This document shows, one piece after another, positions 52,827-61,790 of a DNA stretch of 64,000 nt (position 1 is the first letter of the stretch; the number at the start of each line of letters is the position of its first letter). The stretch spans positions 32,001-96,000 of the forward strand of contig JARVJZ010000003.1 of the NCBI GenBank assembly GCA_029775855.1. The letters are read 5' to 3'. The notes below the pieces were generated by a model. It was not told the DNA's origin. It was given only the letters and a program-made list of their open reading frames with translations, and did not search any database. Source of the stretch: Nitrososphaeria archaeon (GTDB taxonomy: Archaea; Thermoproteota; Nitrososphaeria; Nitrososphaerales; JAAOZN01). The translations under genes were made by a program, and so were the position numbers.

Positions 52827-54488
52827 CTACATTTGGCTTATTTCGTCTAAGAGTTCTATAAGAGACGAAGCTAGTTTTTGAAGGCTGCGTGTTTTATCTG
52901 CTACCGTCTTCTCAAAGACTTCACGCTTCAGTTTACCCGCCAGATAACTCTTATATGCTGATAAAAGGTCTAGAAGCGTACGCTCATACATCTTGTCGAG
53001 GGAGTTAAACTGTGCCAACTTCTGCTCGACTTTAGGATCGCTTGGAATCTTACTTCTTATCTGAGAGGCTTTGGAGGCGGTCTTTGCTCTAATCTCCTTA
53101 AGCTGCTGTGTGAATAGATCTATCTGCGTTGAATGTATTCGTTCAAGACGAGCTGTAGATAGTGTTTCAGCTATCTCTTCCTGCAGCTGAAGAGAGTTTT
53201 CATAAAGCCTTATCAACTCTAAGAATGGATGCGCTTCTGTTTCTCTTTTTCTGTGAGCGGTGTATGCTGATAGAGCCAAAAAGGAGGCGATAAATATTAA
53301 GGTCGCTACTGGGAAGACTTGAGCAGACGCCCAAGCAGAGCCTATGCGAATATATGCATCCATTTCTTCGCTGTTAAGCGGGCTGGCGTAGTTAAGGGCA
53401 AATGATGCTTTACCAGTAAGGAAGTAGCCTCTTGGAACCTCTATATTCAGATAATATTCTTTGACCAAAACATCCTTTAACAACGGAGTTGCTGGAATCT
53501 TTAAGAGTAAAGTGTTGTTTGAATCAACGGGCAAAGCTTTTAGAGGGTAGGCTACTGTGAAGGAAATACTATCGCCAGCATTAAGGTCACCTCTGATTAA
53601 TGAATAGAGGTCAAGTGAACCGCCTATGACTGAGAGCGTCTTCTGATCTCTTAGAGGTATCTCGTCTCTCATCAGAGATACGGAAGAGATTTGTTTATCT
53701 AAGGATATCTTTAAGCTGTAGAGTGCTCCGTTTCCCTCGTTCCTTATGTATATGCTATCATATACCATAACTTCGCTTGGCGAAACTATCTTTATGAGCC
53801 GATCTTGCCTATCAACTGTTAAAACGGTGAAGGCGTATGTTGACGCGTTAACCCTAAGTTTAGTTGTTAAAGGATTAGATGTAGGCTGCAAATCATCAAA
53901 CTCCCTATACAAGACATCACCTTTTGCACTCTGCTTCTGCTCGAACCCTTCGGGTTTTCTCCAAACCTTGACATCACTAGGTAAAGAAACCTGAACCATA
54001 ACATCATTTAATACGATGTTTGGCGTAGATGGTAGGGGTAGTGATACCTCATAACTTCCTTCACCAGTAGGCTTTACAACTCCTCCTAGTATCGCTCTTA
54101 GACTAATAGTAAGGTTTGAAGAAGAGGATATCGTTAAGTCTGCTGAGACAGTTAACGAACTTGCGTTTTCAAATCTATCTAACCTAACCCACTCTTTTTT
54201 GAGATGCTGATTTATCCGAAAGTCTATCGCTTGAGTCGGGTAAATAAGTGTAAATTGTGGTAAATGAGTAGCAGTAGTTGAGTTGTTAATGAAAGTGATG
54301 GTGTCGTTAAGCAGAAGGTATCCGTAGCCGCTAAGAATCATCTCACGATCCATCTTAACCAGAAGAGGATGCTCTAAAGCCAAGGCATCCACCTCTAAAT
54401 GTAGAATTGAGATACAGAAGAGCAGAGGAAGTAGCAAAAGGCATATCTTTCGAACCAACTTCGACACATACAGCATAGAAGCATACAT
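52827..54488 (-). CDS. type I membrane protein with ribophorin-I-like architecture
   Basis: signal peptide, two beta-rich repeats (DREMILSGYG..NDTITFIN; DRLIKIVSP..YDSIYIRNEG), a single TM near aa 390-411 and a ~140-aa helical tail. Confidence 0.6.
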   Translation of the reverse strand: MYASMLYVSKLVRKICLLLLPLLFCISILHLEVDALALEHPLLVKMDREMILSGYGYLLLNDTITFINNSTTATHLPQFTLIYPTQAIDFRINQHLKKEWVRLDRFENASSLTVSADLTISSSSNLTISLRAILGGVVKPTGEGSYEVSLPLPSTPNIVLNDVMVQVSLPSDVKVWRKPEGFEQKQSAKGDVLYREFDDLQPTSNPLTTKLRVNASTYAFTVLTVDRQDRLIKIVSPSEVMVYDSIYIRNEGNGALYSLKISLDKQISSVSLMRDEIPLRDQKTLSVIGGSLDLYSLIRGDLNAGDSISFTVAYPLKALPVDSNNTLLLKIPATPLLKDVLVKEYYLNIEVPRGYFLTGKASFALNYASPLNSEEMDAYIRIGSAWASAQVFPVATLIFIASFLALSAYTAHRKRETEAHPFLELIRLYENSLQLQEEIAETLSTARLERIHSTQIDLFTQQLKEIRAKTASKASQIRSKIPSDPKVEQKLAQFNSLDKMYERTLLDLLSAYKSYLAGKLKREVFEKTVADKTRSLQKLASSLIELLDEISQM

Positions 54489-54517
54489 TTTTAACCCTTT
54501 ATCTACCCCGGTCTATT

Positions 54518-55912
54518 TTGCTAGTCTTGAACCTGAGCAAACCCTACCAACCCAATTCAGCACCAAATGTTACCACACGCATGCTAAGAGCACTTGGGTT
54601 AAACACAATAGAAGAACTCTACAACGACATCCCTGATGATGCAAAATTAAATAGACCACTTAACATACCAGAAGGCAAAACAGAAGGAGAGGTTGAAAGA
54701 CTCATCGAAGAAACATTAAGGCAAGATTTAGCCCCCGAACCACACCAATGTTTCTTAGGCGGCGGAATATGGACACACTATGTTCCAGCTCTAGTCGATG
54801 AAGTTATCTCAAGGTCTGAATTCTACACAGCCTACACACCATACCAAGCTGAAGCAAGCCAAGGCATGTTGCAAGCTCTATACGAATACCAGAGTCTCAT
54901 CTGCGACTTAACTGGGATGGAGATAGCTAACAGCTCTATGTATGACTGGGCTTCTGCAGCCGGAGAAGCGGGAAGGATGGCAGTTCGAATAACCAGAAGA
55001 AGAAAGATTGTAGCGCTAAGAAACTGCGGGCCACAGAGGCTTGATACACTAAAGACATACTGCGACGCAGCAGGTGTAGATGTAGTGGTTGTTGACTATG
55101 AGCATAAGAAGGGTTGTATAGATTACTCCACTCTTAAAGAGAAGGTAGATGATGAAACTGCGGCTATATATTTTGAGAACCCTAACTACTTTGGGGTCTT
55201 TGAGGAACAAGCAGAAGAAATCTGTAAGCTAGCTCACCTAAAAGGTGCATTAGCGATAGTGGGGTTAGACCCCACCTCGCTAAGCGTTGTCAAACCCCCA
55301 GCAGAGTATGGTGCAGATATAGTCGTAGGCGAGGGGCAGCCGCTTGGATTATACCCCAATTACGGCGGTCCTCTGATCGGAATCTTCGCAGCAAGAGGCG
55401 GTCAGAAGGTGTTCAGACAGATGCCTGGGCGTATTATCGGCGAGACTCTCTCTAAGAATGGGGAGAGAAGGTGCTACACAATGGTTATGCAGACTCGTGA
55501 ACAGCATATAAGGAGAGAAGAGGCTACATCTAACATATGCACCAACGAAGCTTTATGTGCTGTTGCAGCATCGGTATACCTTGCTATGCTTGGTAGCAGT
55601 GGTCTAATGGAACTGGGTAGAAGGATAATGGAAAGCTCACACTACGCTGCTAAAAAGTTAGGTGAGATAAAGAATGTGGAGTCACCTCGATTTACCCCCT
55701 TTTTTAAAGACTTTGTCGTAAGATTCTTACAAGCTGATCCAGAGAAAATCTATCGAAATCTACCCAAGTATGGGTTGGTTGGGTCACAACCGCTAGGTAA
55801 AGACTTCCCAGAGTTAAGTGATTCAGCTCTATTCTCAGCAACAGAAGTCCATCTAAAGAAAGACATAGACTTTCTTATCCACTCTGTTAGCAAGGAGGTC
55901 GAGGATAAATGA
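54518..55912 (+). CDS. gcvPA: glycine dehydrogenase (decarboxylating) subunit 1
   Basis: FYTAYTPYQAEASQG.LQAL.EYQ, NSSMYD and TREQHIRRE.ATSNICTN. Confidence 0.95.
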   Translation: MLVLNLSKPYQPNSAPNVTTRMLRALGLNTIEELYNDIPDDAKLNRPLNIPEGKTEGEVERLIEETLRQDLAPEPHQCFLGGGIWTHYVPALVDEVISRSEFYTAYTPYQAEASQGMLQALYEYQSLICDLTGMEIANSSMYDWASAAGEAGRMAVRITRRRKIVALRNCGPQRLDTLKTYCDAAGVDVVVVDYEHKKGCIDYSTLKEKVDDETAAIYFENPNYFGVFEEQAEEICKLAHLKGALAIVGLDPTSLSVVKPPAEYGADIVVGEGQPLGLYPNYGGPLIGIFAARGGQKVFRQMPGRIIGETLSKNGERRCYTMVMQTREQHIRREEATSNICTNEALCAVAASVYLAMLGSSGLMELGRRIMESSHYAAKKLGEIKNVESPRFTPFFKDFVVRFLQADPEKIYRNLPKYGLVGSQPLGKDFPELSDSALFSATEVHLKKDIDFLIHSVSKEVEDK

Positions 55913-57378
55913 AGTATAGGCAGGCTAGATGGGATGAACCTCTACTAATCGAGTTAAGCGGTGAAGGCAGATGCGGACTAACACTACCCTTTGACCCCGA
56001 GTTGAGTAGAGAGGTTGGAGATGTGTTAGAGACCATACCCAAGAACCTGAGGCGAGCAGACATTAGGCTCCCTCAAGTAGCCCAACCTCAGATCACAAGA
56101 CACTATATTAGGCTGTCTCAGATGAACTATTCTGTAGACTCAGGCACATATCCACTCGGCAGCTGCACCATGAAACACAATCCAAAGATAATTCAGAGAA
56201 TATTAGCGAACACGAAAGTTAGGAAGATACACCCAGAGCAACCAGATGAATATACACAAGGTTTAATGAAGATTTTATTTGAATTGGGCACGATGCTCGC
56301 TGAAATAGTAGGGTTGCCAAAATTCTCTCTACAGCCAGCAGCTGGAGCGCAAGGAGAATTCACTGGAGTGCTGATGATAAGAGCGTGGCTAAAAGACCGA
56401 GGTCAACTAAACACTAGAAACGAGATTCTGATACCAGATACCGCACACGGAACCAACCCAGCTAGCGCAGCTATGGCTGGATTCAAGGTGATTGAGATAC
56501 CCTCCACAGAAGATGGGCTTGTCGATGTTGAGGCTATAAAAGCAGTAGCAGGGCGATCTACCGCTGGAATGATGATGACCGTCCCAAACACATTAGGATT
56601 ATTCGAGAAGCACATAAAAGAAGTCATTAACATAATCCACGAAGTAGGCGGTTTAATGTATTATGACGGTGCAAACCTAAACGCATTAATAGGAAGAGTC
56701 AGACCAGGAGACATAGGGTTTGATATCGCACACCTAAATCTACATAAAACCTTCGGCACACCACACGGAGGTGGAGGGCCAGGAGCAGGTCCAGTCTTCT
56801 CAACCGAGGAACTTGGGGAATATCTTCCTAAGCCTACTCTTGAGTTTGATGGACAGAGGTATAGGTGGTGCTATGATAGACCTAAGTCTGTAGGTAGGGT
56901 TAGAAGCTACTTTGGGAACATAAGTGTGCTCTTAGGTGCATACATCTACTGCCTATTAATGGGTAGAGATGGGTTAAAAGATGCTTCAGCACTCGCTACA
57001 CTCGCAGCAAATTACTTGATGAGTAAACTTGATAGAAGATACTTTGACCTACACTACTTTCTTAATATTCGATGTAAACATGAGTTTGTTGCATCAGCTA
57101 AAGTTTCTGCTCTTGAAGTCGCTAAACTGATGCTCGACTACGGGGTGCATCCACCTACCATCTACTTCCCTATAACGGTGCCTGAGGCGATGATGATTGA
57201 ACCGACAGAATCAGAGAGCGTAGAAGAACTGGATAACTACGCTGAGGTGCTTAACAAAGCTGCTGAAGTTGCTTCCAAAGACCCTAAAGCGGCTGCTGAG
57301 GCGCCTCATAACACAGCAACACCAAGGGTTGATGAAGTTAGAGCCTCCCATCCTCGCACATTAAAAGTTAGATGGTGA
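55909..57378 (+). CDS. gcvPB: glycine dehydrogenase (decarboxylating) subunit 2
   Basis: YPLGSCTMKHNP, AHGTNPASA, HLNLHKTFGTPHGGGGPGAGP and IEPTESE. Confidence 0.95.
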   Translation: MKYRQARWDEPLLIELSGEGRCGLTLPFDPELSREVGDVLETIPKNLRRADIRLPQVAQPQITRHYIRLSQMNYSVDSGTYPLGSCTMKHNPKIIQRILANTKVRKIHPEQPDEYTQGLMKILFELGTMLAEIVGLPKFSLQPAAGAQGEFTGVLMIRAWLKDRGQLNTRNEILIPDTAHGTNPASAAMAGFKVIEIPSTEDGLVDVEAIKAVAGRSTAGMMMTVPNTLGLFEKHIKEVINIIHEVGGLMYYDGANLNALIGRVRPGDIGFDIAHLNLHKTFGTPHGGGGPGAGPVFSTEELGEYLPKPTLEFDGQRYRWCYDRPKSVGRVRSYFGNISVLLGAYIYCLLMGRDGLKDASALATLAANYLMSKLDRRYFDLHYFLNIRCKHEFVASAKVSALEVAKLMLDYGVHPPTIYFPITVPEAMMIEPTESESVEELDNYAEVLNKAAEVASKDPKAAAEAPHNTATPRVDEVRASHPRTLKVRW

Positions 57379-57415
57379 AGTTAGAGTTAAATAAAGTTAT
57401 GTGCGGTGACTTGGC

Positions 57416-57706
57416 GTGGATACACTCATCAAAGACTTGGCTGAGCGTATTCAGAAGGTTAAAGACCCCGAGACAGAACGCCTTCTGTCCGAATCAAATA
57501 TAATTTTAGAAATAGTGCGTGTAGACGATGGAACAATACGAATTGTTTACTCGCCCACATCACCAGCAAGCCCAGTTGCCGTGGATCTGGGAAGAAGGAT
57601 ACTGAAGGCTGCATCGGATGCTGTGCCGAGTTTCAAAGTGCAAGTAGTCTGCAGAGGTCATCTGTTAGATGATCTAGTAAACAGACTTCTAAACCAAAGC
57701 CCTTAA
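57416..57706 (+). CDS. DUF59/SufT/MIP18-like Fe-S maturation protein lacking the conserved Cys
   Basis: VKDPET, PTSPASPVA (family consensus PTxxxCP) and GH..DDLVNRLLN. Confidence 0.65.
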   Translation: MDTLIKDLAERIQKVKDPETERLLSESNIILEIVRVDDGTIRIVYSPTSPASPVAVDLGRRILKAASDAVPSFKVQVVCRGHLLDDLVNRLLNQSP

Positions 57707-57742
57707 GCTAAATCTTTTATTGCAGCGAATACAAGCTTAGCT

Positions 57743-58051
57743 ATGATGAACAACGAACAGAAGATCACGGTATCAACAAAATACTTCGCGGCTCTTAGAG
57801 AGATTACTGGAAAGAAGGAAGAAGCCTTTAACTTCGAAGGAGAAGTTGACGGGAAGAAGTTTCTGGATACACTAATCTTACATTACGGGCAAGCGCTTAA
57901 AGAATTCCTACTAGACCAAAAAGGCACCTTAAGAGACGGCCTAGTTATGCTTGTTAACGGAAACGCGGTAGACGCATCTGACCTATCCTCTTTAAAGCTG
58001 AAAGATGGCGACCTAGTTGTAATCTTACCACCCATAGGCGGCGGGTTGTGA
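57743..58051 (+). CDS. MoaD/SAMP/Urm1-type ubiquitin-like protein
   Basis: KYFAALREITG, LVNG and LKDGDLVVILPPIGGG followed by Leu. Confidence 0.9.
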   Translation: MMNNEQKITVSTKYFAALREITGKKEEAFNFEGEVDGKKFLDTLILHYGQALKEFLLDQKGTLRDGLVMLVNGNAVDASDLSSLKLKDGDLVVILPPIGGGL

Positions 58052-59340
58052 ACCTACAAAAGATTGAAGCCAAAGTTTACATAGAGGCTTACGGCTGTAG
58101 CGCAAACCTCGCTGACGCCGAGATTATAGCTGGGCTTCTGAAGAACTCAGGCTTCACAATAGAAAAAACACCCTCAGAAGCGGAGCTAAACATTATAGTA
58201 TCTTGCACCGTAAAAGATGCAACATACCAAAGAATGGTTACAAGAGTGAAGAATCTTACCTCTCTGGGAAAACCTATGATAGTAGCTGGATGTATGCCTA
58301 AAACATCTAAAGACGCCATACTTAAACTCAATCCAAGAGCATCACTCATCGGCCCTAACTCAGTAGATAAGATAGTAGCAGTCGCTAAAAGAACACTTAG
58401 CGGGGAAAGAGTTGAAGAGTTAAATGGAACATATACCAAGCTTCTACAACCCAGAGTATTTAGAAACCCAGTCGTCGGTATTGTTCAGATCGCTTCAGGC
58501 TGCCTCTCTGCTTGTTCATTCTGCCAAGTTAAGATTGCTAGAGGCGGGCTTAGAAGCTTTGATGAGCATCTGATCTTAGATGAAATTCGTAGGTTTCTTA
58601 GATGCGGTTGCAGAGAAATTTGGCTTACATCCCAAGACAATGGTTGCTACGGTATGGATAGGGGGGGTTCTCTTGCTGATCTGCTAGATAAAGTCTCTAA
58701 GATTGAGGGGGACTTCAGAGTTAGGGTTGGTATGATGAACCCCACATATATAGTTAGAGATATAGGTAGGATAGTCGATGTGCTTAAAGATGTTAAGTTC
58801 TTTAAATTTCTACATATACCCGTTCAAAGCGGATGTAATGATGTTTTAGCCGATATGAAGCGAGAATACACCCGCGAAGACTTTCTAGAAATAGCTAAAA
58901 AGGCTAGACAAAAGATACCCACACTCACTTTAAGCACAGACATAATTGTAGGATACCCAACCGAAGAGGAAGAATGTTTTAGAAACACAATCTCCCTCCT
59001 CGAAGAAGTAAAGCCAGATGTAGTTAACATTTCACGCTTCAGCCCTAGACCAGGCACAAAGGCTGCTCTACTACCACAGCATCCCTACGAGGTTGTTAAG
59101 CGGCGTTCAACCATCCTACACCGCATAGTGAAAGCGATCTGCTTAGAGAGGAATAGAATCTGGCTTGGATGGAGAGGGGAGTCTCTTGTAGACGAGAAAG
59201 TTAAGGGCGCTAGGATCGCTAGGAATCCATCTTATAAGCCGATTTTAATCAGCGATGACGCTGAGTTAGGTTCTTATTTAGAGGTTGAGGTGAACGGCGC
59301 TTCTGCAGCATGTCTTCGAGGTGTGGTGTGTCAAGAATAG
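58048..59340 (+). CDS. tRNA t6A37 methylthiotransferase (archaeal MtaB/CDKAL1-like radical SAM)
   Basis: YGCSAN, SCTV, AGC, GCLSACSFC, HIPVQSG, TDIIVGYPTE and FSPRPGT. Confidence 0.9.
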   Translation: MNLQKIEAKVYIEAYGCSANLADAEIIAGLLKNSGFTIEKTPSEAELNIIVSCTVKDATYQRMVTRVKNLTSLGKPMIVAGCMPKTSKDAILKLNPRASLIGPNSVDKIVAVAKRTLSGERVEELNGTYTKLLQPRVFRNPVVGIVQIASGCLSACSFCQVKIARGGLRSFDEHLILDEIRRFLRCGCREIWLTSQDNGCYGMDRGGSLADLLDKVSKIEGDFRVRVGMMNPTYIVRDIGRIVDVLKDVKFFKFLHIPVQSGCNDVLADMKREYTREDFLEIAKKARQKIPTLTLSTDIIVGYPTEEEECFRNTISLLEEVKPDVVNISRFSPRPGTKAALLPQHPYEVVKRRSTILHRIVKAICLERNRIWLGWRGESLVDEKVKGARIARNPSYKPILISDDAELGSYLEVEVNGASAACLRGVVCQE

Positions 59341-59412
59341 GTGACAAGTAGTCTAAACCTCTTAAGAAGTAGACGATTAAAGGTATACTGAGTAATACCT
59401 TGCGAGCAAGAA

Positions 59413-60474
59413 TTGGTTAGAGAATATACTCTAACCCTAAAACACTATATTACAGAAGATAACTCTAATAAGATAATCGGGGTTGGTGTAGGAAGCGCCG
59501 GTTGCAAAATAGCTTCAAAGATCAGCAGCTTCAAGACAGGAATAAACCGCTTCTATTACATTAGCTGCGATGAAAACGATTTAATAGGCTTGAACAACGG
59601 AGAAACCCTTTACATACCTCCGCTTACCTCAACTAAAAGAGAGCCTTCTTTGGCAAGAGGAGCTGGGATGAGACACAGAGACAAGATAAGCAGAATACTT
59701 AGAGATTCAAAGGTCACACTGATTATAACGGGCTTAGGAGGTGCGGTAGGCTCTGGCTTAGCACCTCTCATAGCTGAATTGGCTAAAGAGCAGAACTCAT
59801 TAGTTTTGGGAGTGGCTGTAATGCCATCTAGCTACGAGCATAGCAAACTCTTCTACTCCTCAGTTGCCCTACGCCATTTCCGCAGCTCCTGCGACTATAC
59901 TATAGTTATTGATAAAGACGACTTTACACAAAGCATGAGTGATAGACCTATAATCGAAGTATATGAAGAAATAAGCGAGCGCATATCTTTCGCATTATCT
60001 AGGGTGCTCGGTGCCTTCGAGAAAGAAGATTACTACATAAGTCTGAGTAAGTTTATTACAACTTCTATTAAAGATAGGTTCACACTACTAACTGTAAGCA
60101 ATAGATCAAATATGATGGATGCTGTTAGCGAGGCTGTAGCCTCTATATATAGGAAAGCTAATCCAGCTGAAACTGAGTCCGCCCTTCTATATCTATGCGG
60201 CTCAAAGGATCTTTTGGCTGGTGAAGTGGAGGATTCTGTAAGACATCTATCTACACTGCTTGGAAACGGCTCGGTTAAAGTTGAATACGGCTTCAGCACA
60301 AACGGCTACACAAAAATCACATCCATAGTATTGGCATCTGGCTTTAAAACATTAAAACACGCCAAATACGATGTATTAGAAAACATTTTTGACGCTGAGC
60401 GAAAGATCGATGCTGCGCCAGAATGTGCAGTAGACCTAGATTTAAGCAAGATAACCCAAATGGAACACTTCTAA
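59413..60474 (+). CDS. divergent FtsZ/tubulin-like protein
   Basis: IIGVGVGSAG, GLGGAVGSGLAP signature and VAVMPSSYE; no NxDxxD T7 loop. Confidence 0.8.
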   Translation: MVREYTLTLKHYITEDNSNKIIGVGVGSAGCKIASKISSFKTGINRFYYISCDENDLIGLNNGETLYIPPLTSTKREPSLARGAGMRHRDKISRILRDSKVTLIITGLGGAVGSGLAPLIAELAKEQNSLVLGVAVMPSSYEHSKLFYSSVALRHFRSSCDYTIVIDKDDFTQSMSDRPIIEVYEEISERISFALSRVLGAFEKEDYYISLSKFITTSIKDRFTLLTVSNRSNMMDAVSEAVASIYRKANPAETESALLYLCGSKDLLAGEVEDSVRHLSTLLGNGSVKVEYGFSTNGYTKITSIVLASGFKTLKHAKYDVLENIFDAERKIDAAPECAVDLDLSKITQMEHF

Positions 60475-60507
60475 AACCGATACACACACTAATACTGGAT
60501 AAAAGCA

Positions 60508-61068
60508 ATGACCTTATTTTCCAACCTAACTACTTCAACATGTGATAATATGAAGAAGAATGGCAAAAATCTTGAAGATGTAGATGCTTGGGGCTGCTTC
60601 AAAAGGTGGATTAAAGAAAACCTTTGTGAACCAGATGACTATGATAAGATAGATTGGGAGGCATTAGTTGACCGCTCCCTAAGCTTCGAGGAAGCAGCAG
60701 ATGAAATAAGAAGACTACTACCATCAATATGGCTCGATAAAGAGCAAGGTGAGAAGAAGATTAAGAAGATCGTCTTCATCAAACCCCTAATAGAGAAGAT
60801 CAAGAACGGTGAAGTTCAAGCAACCTATCGGAACAAACCTAAAACTGGCTTACACTACGTGGTTTCAAACAGATTCAAAGACGAGGAGCCGAAGATCTTT
60901 ATAGAGTTTTACAGAAGCGAAGAGGTTGATGTAAACAAGTTAACCGATGAAGAGGCGCAGCTAGCTGGTGTGGAGACCGCCAAGAAGCTCAAAGCTCTAC
61001 TAGCTAAGTGGTATGGGAAGGACGCTAAGATCTACAGAAACTGGTTCAGAGTTAGGCATGTAGATTAA
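60508..61068 (+). CDS. hypothetical protein with C-terminal ASCH/PUA-like domain
   Basis: IVF..PLIEKIKNGEVQATYR...LTDEEAQLAG...LLAKWYG; N-terminal DWEALVDRSLSFEE module; start uncertain (60508 or 60550). Confidence 0.6.
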   Translation: MTLFSNLTTSTCDNMKKNGKNLEDVDAWGCFKRWIKENLCEPDDYDKIDWEALVDRSLSFEEAADEIRRLLPSIWLDKEQGEKKIKKIVFIKPLIEKIKNGEVQATYRNKPKTGLHYVVSNRFKDEEPKIFIEFYRSEEVDVNKLTDEEAQLAGVETAKKLKALLAKWYGKDAKIYRNWFRVRHVD

Positions 61069-61337
61069 TCTTCAGTGGGTAGAGAAACGGTAACTACGCC
61101 CTCTTTATCCTTAACCATCTTGACTACAAGTTTACGGGGTGGAGACTCTATTCCCCTCATCCATAGGAGGTGGTTTATCGATTCATCTACCTTAACTTCA
61201 CTTGTTTTCATATGCTTCCGTGCGAATTCTTTAATCAGGTTAACCGCCCTAACTGTTCTTCTCCACCTGGGTGTGATTAATACCTTCCTTAAGTTTATAG
61301 TGTATATCCTCTCCATTTCAACATCTTCTGCGCTCAT
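61065..61337 (-). CDS. rpl31e: 50S ribosomal protein L31e
   Basis: ERIYTINLR, RAV..IKEF..KHM and WMRGIESPP. Confidence 0.95.
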   Translation of the reverse strand: MSAEDVEMERIYTINLRKVLITPRWRRTVRAVNLIKEFARKHMKTSEVKVDESINHLLWMRGIESPPRKLVVKMVKDKEGVVTVSLPTED

Positions 61338-61345
61338 AGTAACCA

Positions 61346-61504
61346 CTACCCAATCTTTAACTTAGTCCTACGCCAGTTTCTTCTACCTGGATGTGTTCTC
61401 ACTCTTCTTTTAGTTTTGACTATGACCCAAGTCGGCACAGCGTAGTTTTCTTTTAGCTTTGAGATCAAGCGAATCTTTAGACCAGAGGGTTTGTTTCTAG
61501 CCAT
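61346..61504 (-). CDS. rpl39e: 50S ribosomal protein L39e (52 aa, absent from the ORF track)
   Basis: [52 protein letters not shown]. Confidence 0.95.
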   Translation of the reverse strand: MARNKPSGLKIRLISKLKENYAVPTWVIVKTKRRVRTHPGRRNWRRTKLKIG

Positions 61505-61776
61505 TATGCCCACCTTATCTTAAACTCTCTTTTAGGCTGCTGTAGGCTAGCTAGAACCTGCTTTAACTCTTCATCGGTAACTTGGTGTGTTAACTTGCCT
61601 GCTGAAGCAAGTTGTATGAAGCGGTCTTCGACGAGCTTAGCGAGTTCAGGCTTAACCATCTTTATGTTTGAAAGTCTTTCACGAGCTTTTGGGCTTAAGA
61701 TTATTCTAAGCACGGATTCTCGAGCAATTCTCTGCTGCTCTTCACGCATCTGTCGATCTTGTGTTTCAGAAGACAT
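61504..61776 (-). CDS. PDCD5-like DNA-binding protein
   Basis: [25 protein letters not shown]; conserved position after rps19e. Confidence 0.92.
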   Translation of the reverse strand: MSSETQDRQMREEQQRIARESVLRIILSPKARERLSNIKMVKPELAKLVEDRFIQLASAGKLTHQVTDEELKQVLASLQQPKREFKIRWA

Positions 61777-61790
61777 GGCAAACGCGCCTC

